DNA of 29,819 bases from Polaromonas sp. (lineage in GTDB: Bacteria > Pseudomonadota > Gammaproteobacteria > Burkholderiales > Burkholderiaceae_C), in assembly GCA_043749385.1 (NCBI GenBank), contig JAYVDN010000214.1, forward strand, positions 1-29,819, given 5' to 3'. Under the pieces are notes generated by a model. That model had not been told where the DNA came from, did not search any database, and saw nothing but the letters and a program-made list of their open reading frames with translations. The translations under genes and the position numbers were made by a program. Of this stretch, positions 17,911-28,071 are shown in pieces (position 1 is the stretch's first letter; each line of letters starts with the position of its first letter).

Positions 17911-17955
17911 AAACGTATCTGGAGGCCATTTATAGCGCCGGTAACGGCCGTGAAT

Positions 17956-17984
17956 TTGGCTAACCAGGCCCTTCAGGCTATAAT
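17956..17984 (+). promoter_or_regulatory. sigma70-type promoter for rpmB-rpmG
   Basis: TTGGCT (17956-17961), 17-bp spacer, TATAAT (17979-17984). Confidence 0.65.
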
Positions 17985-18139
17985 GGAAGGCTTCCCGGAA
18001 AATGGGAACGTCTTGTTTCTTTCGTGATGTATTGCGTCATGCAGGGGCAAGACTAGACCGCTTGCAGGTGTTGCTACGCAACACTTGGCAGTGCGAGGTG
18101 CGGCGAAGGCCGTTAATTTTGACTTTAGGAGTGCTCCGA

Positions 18140-18373
18140 ATGGCACGCGTCTGTGAAGTAACGGGTAAGAAACCCATGGTGGGCAACAATGTGTCCCACG
18201 CCAACAACAAAACCAAGCGCCGGTTTTTGCCTAACCTGCAGTACCGCCGCTTTTTCGTCGAAAGCGAAAACCGTTGGGTGCGCATGCGCATTTCCAACGC
18301 TGCTTTGCGTTTGATCGACAAAAACGGTATTGATTCCGTGCTCGCAGACATGCGCGCACGTGGCCAAGCTTAA
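18140..18373 (+). CDS. rpmB: 50S ribosomal protein L28
   Basis: [33 protein letters not shown]; AGGAG SD before ATG 18140. The track's 18002 start is an extension artefact. Confidence 0.97.
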   Translation: MARVCEVTGKKPMVGNNVSHANNKTKRRFLPNLQYRRFFVESENRWVRMRISNAALRLIDKNGIDSVLADMRARGQA

Positions 18374-18391
18374 TTTCTAGGAGAAAAAATC

Positions 18392-18559
18392 ATGGCAAAA
18401 GGCGGACGTGAAAAAATCAAACTGGAATCCACAGCGGGTACCGGTCATTTCTACACCACAACAAAAAACAAGAAAACCATGCCCGAGAAGATGTTGATCA
18501 GCAAGTTTGATCCCAAAGCTCGCAAGCATGTGGAATACAAAGAAGTGAAGTTGAAGTAA
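18392..18559 (+). CDS. rpmG: 50S ribosomal protein L33 (no CxxC zinc motifs)
   Basis: Translated by hand: [55 protein letters not shown] (55 aa), AGGAG SD. Missing from the ORF track. Confidence 0.97.
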   Translation: MAKGGREKIKLESTAGTGHFYTTTKNKKTMPEKMLISKFDPKARKHVEYKEVKLK

Positions 18560-18574
18560 TTCAACCAGCTTCGC

Positions 18575-18604
18575 AAAAAAACCGCTCTGTTGAGCGGTTT
18601 TTTT
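18575..18604. terminator. Bidirectional intrinsic terminator between rpmG and yacG
   Basis: A-tract, ACCGCTC-tgtt-GAGCGGT stem-loop, then T-tract. Confidence 0.85.
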
Positions 18605-18679
18605 ATGGTTCGGTGCGGTCCAGGCTGCGACAGTCAAACTTCCATGACGGCAGTCAAGCCCGGGTATATTCATTTATAT

Positions 18680-18727
18680 GCTGCAAAATATATAGCTGCT
18701 CCCGCGATATTTTAAAGGGCTACAGCC
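18680..18727 (+). repeat. 48-bp dispersed repeat, copy g
   Basis: gctgcaaaatatatagc tgctcccgcgatatttt aaa gggctacagcc; 4 nt beyond the yacG stop. Confidence 0.88.
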
Positions 18728-18731
18728 TAAT

Positions 18732-18974
18732 TCAATGTAGATTTTCGTATTTGGCATCGCCAAACACTTCATCGGGTGGAGGTGTAGCGCTGGGCACGCG
18801 AAACGATTCGCTGGCCCAGGCTCCAAAGTCATGGTCTTTGCAGCGCTCACTGCAAAACGGGCGCCATTTGTTGCTCGGCGCAAAAATGCTATCGCCTTTA
18901 CAACTCGGGCAAATGACGGTCGGAGAAGCTGATTTGACAGACGTAGGTGTGCTCATGGCGGTGGTCTTTTTCAT
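18732..18974 (-). CDS. yacG: DNA gyrase inhibitor YacG
   Basis: CPSC...[19 protein letters not shown] zinc finger; ATGA overlap with the zapD stop (alternative start 18956). Confidence 0.92.
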   Translation of the reverse strand: MKKTTAMSTPTSVKSASPTVICPSCKGDSIFAPSNKWRPFCSERCKDHDFGAWASESFRVPSATPPPDEVFGDAKYENLH

Positions 18975-19729
18975 GCGCACAACGTCAGCTCAAAAGTGGC
19001 ATCTTCACCACTGACTACAGGCAGTTTGTCTTCGCCTGCCCCACGCAGCAAGCGCACTGAAACCATCAACCGGTTACCGCTGATTTCGGGAATCAAGCCC
19101 AAAGCAGGGTCAATGCGCAGGCGCAGTAACTGAAAGCTGCGCCCTTGTGGCAGGGTTTGTTGGAATTGCCCGTTGGTCGCCATGACTTTTTGGGCTGAAC
19201 CGGAGTCGCGCAAAAGCTTGAGTAGCAAGTTGATGCATTGCGCCAGGGGCCACAACGTGGAGGCCCAGCGCGTGAGATCTGCGCGGCGCTGTTCCAGGCT
19301 AAGGTGCTGCCAGTGGAAATAGGCGGGCAAATCAAATTCGCAGGTGCCCGCAGGAATGCCTATGCGGCTGCGCACGCTGACAACCCATTCGTTATCGTTC
19401 AGGGAGGTGCCTACCTTGCCCGACTGGCCGTTGAGGGCGGAAAAAGCATGTTCTATCTGACCCACCACCTCGTCCAACGCGCTTTCAGCGATAGCGGGAT
19501 TGCCACGGTAGGCGTTGAATTGTTGCTTGTGTTTTTCCAGATCCTTGAGAATCTCAGATTTCAGGTCGGAGCGTGCTCCGACCTCGATGATTTCAAACAC
19601 AGTGACAAAGGCGAAATGGTGGTCCAGCGCGGATTCACGCGCAAGCAGTATGCCCAAGCGCTCAAACAGGTGCTCCAGGCGCAGGTAAGTGCGCGCGCGT
19701 TCGTTAAAAGGGTATTCGTAAACTATCAC
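18971..19729 (-). CDS. zapD: Cell division protein ZapD
   Basis: [34 protein letters not shown]; coaE-zapD-yacG order. Confidence 0.93.
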   Translation of the reverse strand: MIVYEYPFNERARTYLRLEHLFERLGILLARESALDHHFAFVTVFEIIEVGARSDLKSEILKDLEKHKQQFNAYRGNPAIAESALDEVVGQIEHAFSALNGQSGKVGTSLNDNEWVVSVRSRIGIPAGTCEFDLPAYFHWQHLSLEQRRADLTRWASTLWPLAQCINLLLKLLRDSGSAQKVMATNGQFQQTLPQGRSFQLLRLRIDPALGLIPEISGNRLMVSVRLLRGAGEDKLPVVSGEDATFELTLCA

Positions 19730-19753
19730 GTGAGGTGCTTTCGTCAGGCACCA

Positions 19754-20356
19754 TCATAGCCCGAAGCGATGGGCCCATTGCCTGACTAGCTGTTCAAGTG
19801 CGTGAATATCGATACCTTCGTTGAAAATCACAACATCCGCTGCGCTCAGGCGCAAGGTTCTGCTGGCTTGCGCAGTCACAGCCTGTTGCACTTGCTCGCG
19901 GCGCCAACCACTGCGATGCATCACGCGCTGAATTTGAGTCTCCATTTCGCAATCAACCACCATCACCAAATCCAAACGGGATCGCCAACGAGACGACTCC
20001 ACAAGCAGTGGGATATCGAACACTAGCAAGGTGCAATCAGCAGCCAATGCCTGCTGCTCAAGTCGACCCATCTCCTGGCCCACGATGGGGTGAATAATGG
20101 CTTCCAGTCTGGCCTTGGCACCTGGATCGGTAAAAACCAAGGCTCGCATGGCATCCCGGTCGAGGCTACCATCTGCTGCAATGAATCCAGCGCCAAAGGT
20201 CTGGGCAATGGCAGGGATAGCCGCGCCCCCGGCAGCACTGGCTTGGCGCGAGACGGCATCCGCATCCAGCACTGTAGCGCCGAGGCCAGAGAGTATCGCA
20301 GCGACGGTACTTTTGCCACCGCCTATGCCGCCAGTAAGACCGAGTTTGAGAGGCAT
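19754..20356 (-). CDS. coaE: Dephospho-CoA kinase
   Basis: GLTGGIGGGKSTV, DADAVSR, LEAIIHP, DIPLLVE, ADVVIFNE. Confidence 0.95.
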   Translation of the reverse strand: MPLKLGLTGGIGGGKSTVAAILSGLGATVLDADAVSRQASAAGGAAIPAIAQTFGAGFIAADGSLDRDAMRALVFTDPGAKARLEAIIHPIVGQEMGRLEQQALAADCTLLVFDIPLLVESSRWRSRLDLVMVVDCEMETQIQRVMHRSGWRREQVQQAVTAQASRTLRLSAADVVIFNEGIDIHALEQLVRQWAHRFGL

Positions 20357-20427
20357 GAAGGTGTTGGGATGCCAATTAAGCGGCGCGCTTCAAGATGTGC
20401 CGCTTTAGATCAGGCATAGTAAGCGCT

Positions 20428-21276
20428 TTACTGTAGACCGACGGCGCGCAAAATCGTTTGCGGACCAAATATCAAGGCCGTAAAGCCGGCACCTGCCAAA
20501 AATGGCCCAAAAGGAATATAGCCTCCTTCACGCAAGCCACTAGAAAATTTCATAACTATTCCGACGATGGCTCCAATCACTGAAGCCATCAAAATAATAG
20601 GCACCAAGGCTTGCCACCCAAACCAAGCCCCCAAAGCCGCAAACAGCTTAAAGTCGCCATAACCCATACCTTCTTTGCCGGTGACTAGCTTGAACGCCCA
20701 ATAGACTAACCACAAGGATAAATAGCCTGCTACAGCGCCCCACAGGGCATCGGGCAGGGTCGTGAGAGGGTTCCAACGCAAGGCGGCCACAATCAGGCCT
20801 AGCCACACCAGAGGCAAGGTCATGTCGTCGGGCAGCAGCGTGGTATCCCAATCGATACAGGTTAGGGCTACCAGTGTGGCACAAAAAATGCACCAAACAG
20901 CTGTGGTCATTGTCCAACCCCAGCGGGTAGCGCAAAAAAAGAATAGCGCACCGGTGATCAACTCCACGACAGGGTAGCGAAACCCTATGCGCGTGCCACA
21001 GGAGGAGCACTTAGCGCGCAAAGCAAGAAAACTCAATACAGGGATGTTTTCATACCAGCGAATTTCATGCCCACACTTTGGGCAACGCGAGCGAGGGACG
21101 ATCAGATTGAATTTGGTTTGCTCCGGCAGTACTTGACCGCTGAGCTCTGCACACTCGGCTGCCCATTGCGCCTCCAGCATTTTGGGCAACCGGTGCACCA
21201 CAACATTCAAAAAACTGCCAACCAACAAACCAAGCACGCCAACCAATGCAGCGTCCACCCACACGGAGTCCAGCAT
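20428..21276 (-). CDS. pilD: Prepilin peptidase
   Basis: GSFLNVVVHRLP, SRCPKC..CSSC, IDWDTTLLPD, EGMGYGDFKL, PFGPFL; TAATG overlap with pilC. Confidence 0.95.
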   Translation of the reverse strand: MLDSVWVDAALVGVLGLLVGSFLNVVVHRLPKMLEAQWAAECAELSGQVLPEQTKFNLIVPRSRCPKCGHEIRWYENIPVLSFLALRAKCSSCGTRIGFRYPVVELITGALFFFCATRWGWTMTTAVWCIFCATLVALTCIDWDTTLLPDDMTLPLVWLGLIVAALRWNPLTTLPDALWGAVAGYLSLWLVYWAFKLVTGKEGMGYGDFKLFAALGAWFGWQALVPIILMASVIGAIVGIVMKFSSGLREGGYIPFGPFLAGAGFTALIFGPQTILRAVGLQ

Positions 21277-22490
21277 TAAACCACCTGGCCGAGTTTGAAG
21301 ATGGGCAGGTACATCGACACCACGATGCCGCCGATGATGGTGCCCAGGAACACGATGATGATGGGTTCCATCAAGCTGGAAAGACCGGCCACCATTTCGT
21401 CAACTTCTGCTTCATAAAAGTCAGCAGCTTTGCCTAGCATATGGTCTATCGAGCCTGATTCTTCACCAATAGCCGTCATTTGTATCACCATGGAAGGAAA
21501 CAAGTTGACATTAGTCATGGCTGCGGTAAGCGACGTACCGGTAGAAACTTCCTGTTGAATTTTCACTGTCGCATCAGCATACTTTGAATTTCCTGACGCG
21601 CCCCCGACTGAGTCTAACGCTTCTACCAAAGGTACTCCGGCGGCGAACATGGTGGCCAATGTTCGCGTCCATCGTGCAATGCATGATTTCTCGATTAGAC
21701 CGCCAAACACAGGAACCTTCAGTAGCACGCGATCCATAAAGCGCTGCACTTTCTCATTACGTTGCCAAGCCTGCATGAAAAAATAAATGCCAAAACCTAT
21801 ACCGCCAAAAATCAACCACCACCACTTGACGAAAAATTCACTGATGGCGATCACAAAAAGCGTGGGTGCTGGCAAATCTGCCCCAAAAGAAGTGAACACC
21901 TGTTTGAAAGAGGGAATCACAAATATCATAATCACCGCAACGACCACAAACGCTACTACCACCACAGCGGTGGGGTACATGAGAGCGGATTTAATTTTGG
22001 ATTTAATGGCTTCAGTTTTTTCCATATAGACCGCGAGGCGGTCTAACAAGGCTTCTAAAATACCGGCGGCTTCACCAGCCTCTACCAAGTTACAGTAGAG
22101 ATTGTCAAAATACAAGGGGTGTTTGCGAAAAGCAGCGGACAAAGAGGTGCCAGTTTCTACGTCGACGCGAATGTCATTGAGCAACTTGGTAACGCTAGGA
22201 TTGGTATTGCCCCGCCCCACAATATCAAATGATTGCAATAAAGGCACACCCGCCTTCATCATGGTCGCTAACTGCCGGGTAAAAATGGCGATATCTTTCG
22301 GCTTGATACTTTTGCCCGAGCGCATGCGGCGCTTCTTGATCTTCGTCGTCAAAATACCTTGGCGTCGCAATGCGGCCTGGACTTGATTCTCACCCACTGC
22401 ACGTTGCTCGCCCCGCACTACTTTACCGTTGCGGTCTTTGCCTTCCCATTCAAAGACGAAATCTTTAACTTCTGATTTTTTAGTGGCCAT
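21276..22490 (-). CDS. pilC: Type IV pilus inner-membrane platform protein PilC (T2SS F family)
   Basis: FTRQLATMMKAGVPL, AGEAAGIL, IKSALMYP, GEESGSID, MYLPIF. Start revised to MATKK (GGAGA SD). Confidence 0.95.
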   Translation of the reverse strand: MATKKSEVKDFVFEWEGKDRNGKVVRGEQRAVGENQVQAALRRQGILTTKIKKRRMRSGKSIKPKDIAIFTRQLATMMKAGVPLLQSFDIVGRGNTNPSVTKLLNDIRVDVETGTSLSAAFRKHPLYFDNLYCNLVEAGEAAGILEALLDRLAVYMEKTEAIKSKIKSALMYPTAVVVVAFVVVAVIMIFVIPSFKQVFTSFGADLPAPTLFVIAISEFFVKWWWLIFGGIGFGIYFFMQAWQRNEKVQRFMDRVLLKVPVFGGLIEKSCIARWTRTLATMFAAGVPLVEALDSVGGASGNSKYADATVKIQQEVSTGTSLTAAMTNVNLFPSMVIQMTAIGEESGSIDHMLGKAADFYEAEVDEMVAGLSSLMEPIIIVFLGTIIGGIVVSMYLPIFKLGQVV

Positions 22491-22548
22491 GCTGTCTCCG
22501 CAGTGGATTGCTAATTGTGGATAAACGTGGTGTGCAGAGCATGTGTGT

Positions 22549-24297
22549 TTATTGGTTAGTGCAGGCAAGTACTTCTTCTAATGAAGTAATGCCAAGGCGA
22601 ACCTTGCTGAGGCCCGATTGGCGCAAACTGCGCACACCCTCTTGTTCGGATAGTTTGGCGATATCCAGTGCGCTGGCATCAGCCAAAATCAGGCGCTGCA
22701 TGTCTTCACTGATCGGCATTACTTGATAGATGCCGACCCGACCTTTGTAGCCGTTGTTGCACATCGAGCAACCGACCGGTTTAAAGGGTGTCCAGCTACC
22801 GTCGATGTCTTCTTCTTTGTAGCCCGCGGTGACCAGATTTTCGTAGGGAATATCAGCCGGCTGCTTGCAGCTAGGGCACAGCTTGCGTGCCAAACGCTGG
22901 GCTGTAATCAATATCACGCTCGAAGCAATGTTGAACGGCGCAATACCCATGTTACGCATGCGCGTAAGGGTGGTGGGCGCATCGTTGGTGTGCAGGGTGC
23001 TCATGACCATGTGGCCAGTTTGGGCCGCTTTGATGGCGATGTCGGCGGTCTCCAGGTCGCGAATCTCACCGACCATGATCACGTCAGGATCTTGGCGCAA
23101 GAAGGATTTAAGGGCAACCGCAAACGTCAACCCTGCCTTGTCGTTCACGTTTACCTGGTTAACTCCAGGCAGGTTAATCTCGCAGGGGTCTTCCGCCGTC
23201 GAGATGTTTACGCCGGGTTTGTTGAGCAAATTCAAGCAGGTATAGAGCGACACAGTTTTCCCAGAGCCAGTGGGCCCTGTGACCAACACCATGCCGTAAG
23301 GGCGTTCGATGGCTTTGAGAAGGCGCTCTTTCTCCTCCTGCTCGTAACCCAGCGCTTCAATGCCCAGCCTGGCACTAGACGGATCCAAAATACGAATCAC
23401 AATCTTTTCGCCAAACATGGTGGGCAGGGTGCTGACCCGGAAGTCGATCATCTTGTCGCGGCCCATCTTCATCTTCATGCGGCCGTCCTGCGGCACACGT
23501 TTCTCGGAGATATCCAATCTGGATATGACTTTGATGCGCGAGGCAAGCTTGTCTTTGATGACCACAGGCGGCGATGCAATTTCGCGCAATTCCCCATCGA
23601 CTCGAAAACGCACCCGATAAGTATGTTCGTAGGGCTCAAAATGCAGATCGGATGCGCGCATGTTGAAAGCATCAATCAGCATTTTTTGTAGAAACTTGAC
23701 GATAGGCGCATCTTCGACATCGGTTGCGCCGGTGTCCGTGTCGTCCTCACTCGCCACTTCCATAGTGGCTTCGTCAAACTCAAAATCGCCACTCACCATG
23801 CTATCCATGGCTTCGTTGACGTTGACCATAGTCGCGTCTACAAGCCGAGAAAGCTTGTCATATTCCGCAATGACCCAATCAGTGCCCATTTGGGTGGAGA
23901 ATTTGATTTTTTCAGCGCCTACTTGGTCAGACGGATCTGCGGTGGCTACGATCAGGCGGTTATTGCGTTTGCTTAAGACCACTACACGCAGGGCTTGGCA
24001 CAGCTTAGGGTCTAGCAATCCTTTGGGCAGACGCTGAGTGTCGATGGCATCCAAGTCCAGCAGCGGTGCTGCAAAAGCGATAGACATGGTGTGGGCCAGA
24101 TCGGCGGCAGACACCACCCCTGAGCCAGTGAGCTCCGCAATAAAACTGGTGCGGTTGGTCTGGGATTTTTTATAAATATCCTCAGCCGTCTTTTGCTGCA
24201 GTTTGCCAGCCATCACCAAGGCGCGGCCCAAGCCCGGTAATGCCACCAAGGGCGCCTGGGCAAATGCGAGATTAGCGGGGGTGTCTACAGCGGCCAT
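22549..24297 (-). CDS. pilB: Type IV-A pilus assembly ATPase PilB
   Basis: ASDLHFEP, PQDGR, TGPTGSGKT, LRQDPDVIMVGEIRD, STLHTN, CPSC/CSMC zinc motifs. Confidence 0.96.
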   Translation of the reverse strand: MAAVDTPANLAFAQAPLVALPGLGRALVMAGKLQQKTAEDIYKKSQTNRTSFIAELTGSGVVSAADLAHTMSIAFAAPLLDLDAIDTQRLPKGLLDPKLCQALRVVVLSKRNNRLIVATADPSDQVGAEKIKFSTQMGTDWVIAEYDKLSRLVDATMVNVNEAMDSMVSGDFEFDEATMEVASEDDTDTGATDVEDAPIVKFLQKMLIDAFNMRASDLHFEPYEHTYRVRFRVDGELREIASPPVVIKDKLASRIKVISRLDISEKRVPQDGRMKMKMGRDKMIDFRVSTLPTMFGEKIVIRILDPSSARLGIEALGYEQEEKERLLKAIERPYGMVLVTGPTGSGKTVSLYTCLNLLNKPGVNISTAEDPCEINLPGVNQVNVNDKAGLTFAVALKSFLRQDPDVIMVGEIRDLETADIAIKAAQTGHMVMSTLHTNDAPTTLTRMRNMGIAPFNIASSVILITAQRLARKLCPSCKQPADIPYENLVTAGYKEEDIDGSWTPFKPVGCSMCNNGYKGRVGIYQVMPISEDMQRLILADASALDIAKLSEQEGVRSLRQSGLSKVRLGITSLEEVLACTNQ

Positions 24298-24497
24298 GCA
24301 ATATGTGTCAGAGTGAAGCGGTTAGTAACGCAAAGGTATAGTATGCCAGTATCATCGCCGATAGCCGCTTAGCTGTAAACCTGTCAATTAAAGGGGCACC
24401 CTGAGCTTATGCAGTGTCAGAGTTCCTGCAAGTGCTTGATCAGGTGTTCGCCATGCTTCAGTCGACACGCAACATCAAGTCTAGCGGTATTGAAAAA

Positions 24498-25481
24498 CTA
24501 AGCCCGGCGCACGAGCAACTGCGCCGCTAATTCTAGCAAGGCCTGTGTAAAAGGGTTGTTTGGCAACAACGACAGCGTGTCAATTGCCCGCTGCGCCTCG
24601 TGCGCTGCCGCTTGCCGTGTGGCTTCCAAGCTGCCCGTCGCACGCACGATGTGCACCACTTGGTCGAGTTGGTCGATACCACCTGACTCAATCGCGTCCC
24701 GTACCAGCTGCGCTTGCGGGGGTGATGCGCGCTGCATGGCGATGATCAGCGGGAGAGTCGCCTTGCCCTCGCGCAGGTCGTCTCCCAGGTTTTTGCCCAT
24801 TTCCTGAATATCACCGTCATAGTCCAGCACGTCGTCAATCACTTGAAAAGCCGTGCCCAGGGCTTGCCCGTAGTTGGCGCAGGCGGCCTCCACTGCGGTA
24901 CTGCTGCCCGCTATCACGGCGGCCAAACGGGCACTGGCTTCAAACAATTTGGCTGTTTTGGAGCGAATCACCCGCAAATAACCAGCCTCATCCAGCGAAG
25001 CATCGTGCATATTCATCAGTTGCAGCACCTCACCCTCTGCGATCACATTGGTGGCTTCGGCCAGTATCTCCATCACCCGCATTTGGCCGCTTTCGACCAT
25101 CATCTGAAATGCACGTGAGTACAAAAAATCGCCCACCAACACGCTGGCGGGGTTGCCAAAAGCCTCATTCGCTGTCGAGCGCCCCCGGCGCAGGGTGGAT
25201 TCGTCCACCACATCATCGTGTAGCAAGGTAGCGGTGTGGATAAATTCCACGACAGCTGCCAAATTGAAACGCTGGCTCTGGGTATAGCCCAACGCGCCGC
25301 ACATCAAAAGCAACAGGGCGGGGCGCAGGCGCTTGCCACCGGCGGAGATGATATAGCTGGAGACCTGGCCCACCAGTGGGACACCGGAGTCGAGCCGTGC
25401 TGCAATGACCTTGTCTACCTCGGCCATGTCTTGGGCGATAAGTTGCAGGGCGGCTGTGGTGGCGTTGGAGGTAGCGGACAA
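24498..25481 (-). CDS. ispB: Octaprenyl-diphosphate synthase (polyprenyl synthetase)
   Basis: GGKRLRP, HTATLLHDDVVD (FARM), FQVIDDVLD (SARM), GKNLGDDLREGK. Start uncertain (TTG 25481 or a later ATG); a minus-strand TATAAT at 25522-25527 argues against 25562. Confidence 0.93.
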   Translation of the reverse strand: MSATSNATTAALQLIAQDMAEVDKVIAARLDSGVPLVGQVSSYIISAGGKRLRPALLLLMCGALGYTQSQRFNLAAVVEFIHTATLLHDDVVDESTLRRGRSTANEAFGNPASVLVGDFLYSRAFQMMVESGQMRVMEILAEATNVIAEGEVLQLMNMHDASLDEAGYLRVIRSKTAKLFEASARLAAVIAGSSTAVEAACANYGQALGTAFQVIDDVLDYDGDIQEMGKNLGDDLREGKATLPLIIAMQRASPPQAQLVRDAIESGGIDQLDQVVHIVRATGSLEATRQAAAHEAQRAIDTLSLLPNNPFTQALLELAAQLLVRRA

Positions 25482-25577
25482 AATATAAATCTTAGTTCGG
25501 AACACGGACAGGGTGGGCTTGATTATAGGAATACAGGCGGCCTCCGATTGCTGCTCACACATGTACTTCCAGCGAGT

Positions 25578-25606
25578 TTGTCAGTAACCGCTCACCATGC
25601 TATAAT
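25578..25606 (+). promoter_or_regulatory. sigma70 promoter for rplU-rpmA
   Basis: TTGTCA (25578-25583), 17-bp spacer, TG-c-TATAAT (extended -10, 25601-25606). Confidence 0.75.
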
Positions 25607-25668
25607 CTAAGGCTCTGTGGAAATTCGTCCGCAGACACTCATTTAGACAAACATTCTAAGAGGTTCTT

Positions 25669-26313
25669 ATGTACGCGGTCGTAAAAACCGGTGGCAAACA
25701 ATATAAAGTTGCTGCCGGCCAAAAATTTAAAGTAGAACAGATCGCTGCGGACGTAGGCCAAGAGATTGTGTTGGATCAAATTTTAGCAGTCGGTAACGGC
25801 GCTGAATTATTGATTGGCGCACCTTTGGTCCCCGGCGCAGCGATTAAAGCCACCATCGTGGCCCATGGTCGTGGTGACAAGGTACGCATTTTCAAAATGC
25901 GTCGCCGTAAGCACTACCAAAAGCGCCAAGGCCATCGCCAAAACTTCACCGAGCTGTTCATTGCGGAAATCGCTGACGGCAAAGGTGGCGTTTTCAAAGC
26001 CGAAGCTGCTGCAGTCATTGCTGCTCCCAAGGCTGCCAAAGCTAGCCCCGTTGCTGGTCAAGACGATCTGGAAATCATCGAGGGCATCGGCCCCAAGATG
26101 GCCCAGGTGTTGATCGACAATGGCGTGATCACCTTTGCGCAAGTAGCTGCAGCCTCGGTCGATGAACTGACGGCCATGCTCAAGGCATCGGGCGGACGTT
26201 TCAGCTTGGCAAGCATTGCAACGTGGGCTGAACAAGCCGCGCTGCTGCGTGATGGCAAGATGGACGAGTTCAAGAAGCTTACCGACGAACTCGTCGGTGG
26301 CGTTCGTAAATAA
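25669..26313 (+). CDS. rplU: 50S ribosomal protein L21 with C-terminal helix-hairpin-helix extension
   Basis: aa 1-101 typical L21 ([14 protein letters not shown]...GHRQNFTE), then an Ala/Lys linker and [12 protein letters not shown]...TWAEQAALL; 214 aa in total. Confidence 0.95.
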   Translation: MYAVVKTGGKQYKVAAGQKFKVEQIAADVGQEIVLDQILAVGNGAELLIGAPLVPGAAIKATIVAHGRGDKVRIFKMRRRKHYQKRQGHRQNFTELFIAEIADGKGGVFKAEAAAVIAAPKAAKASPVAGQDDLEIIEGIGPKMAQVLIDNGVITFAQVAAASVDELTAMLKASGGRFSLASIATWAEQAALLRDGKMDEFKKLTDELVGGVRK

Positions 26314-26331
26314 TTTTTTTGGAGCTTTGAA

Positions 26332-26592
26332 ATGGCACAGAAAAAAGGCGGCGGCTCTACGCGAAATGGCCGGGATTCAAACCCCAAGATGCTCGGTGTG
26401 AAAGCTTTCGGTGGTGAACTTATCACCGCTGGCGCGATCATCGTGCGCCAACGTGGCACCAAGTTTCACGCTGGCAACAACGTGGGCATGGGCAAAGACC
26501 ACACCCTGTTTGCTTTGGTAGACGGCAATGTGTCCTTTGGGCACAAAGGCGCGTTGAACAAGCACATGGTGAACGTGACTGCGGCTGCGTAA
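26332..26592 (+). CDS. rpmA: 50S ribosomal protein L27
   Basis: [34 protein letters not shown]. Confidence 0.97.
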   Translation: MAQKKGGGSTRNGRDSNPKMLGVKAFGGELITAGAIIVRQRGTKFHAGNNVGMGKDHTLFALVDGNVSFGHKGALNKHMVNVTAAA

Positions 26593-26616
26593 GCAACTGC
26601 GAGGCGTTTGCCCAGC

Positions 26617-26647
26617 AAAGCCCCGCCTGTGCGGGGCTTTGTTTTTT
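26617..26647 (+). terminator. Intrinsic terminator after rpmA
   Basis: AAAGCCCCGC-ctgt-GCGGGGCTTT followed by GTTTTTT. Confidence 0.85.
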
Positions 26648-26741
26648 CTTCTGTAAACTCTCAAAAAAGCGCCGGGCCGTCCCAAGCTCAATTTTGCTTA
26701 TTAAACTGGCAAAGAGTATGGTCGGAACGCCCAGGCGATAA

Positions 26742-27923
<1,182 letters not shown>

Positions 27924-27991
27924 AATTGCCGAAAACGTGCGCGGCAATTAGCTGGGCGGCGCTTTCATCGCTATCATCCACGCTGCTGAAC

Positions 27992-28039
27992 GCTATATAT
28001 TAAATAGCTGCTACCGCGATATTTTAAAGGGCTGCAGCC
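27992..28039 (+). repeat. 48-bp dispersed repeat, copy h
   Basis: gctatatattaaatagc tgctaccgcgatatttt aaa gggctgcagcc; 32 nt upstream of proB. Confidence 0.88.
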
Positions 28040-28071
28040 CTAAAACTATATAAATATAGAAGCTTTACGCC

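Noticed and set aside
18002-18139. N-terminal extensions proposed by the ORF track for rpmB (also TIR, rarA, pilC, ispB, crp, obgE)
   Set aside because: Downstream starts have SD sequences and match family N-termini; the extensions overlap promoters or leaders.
24298-24497. A tRNA gene or integration site in the pilB-ispB spacer
   Set aside because: No T-loop (GTTCRANYC) motif or cloverleaf was found on either strand.
27924-27949. AATTGCCG...CGGCAATT hairpin after obgE as a terminator
   Set aside because: No U-tract follows and proB continues on the same strand; at most an mRNA-stability hairpin, so not called.
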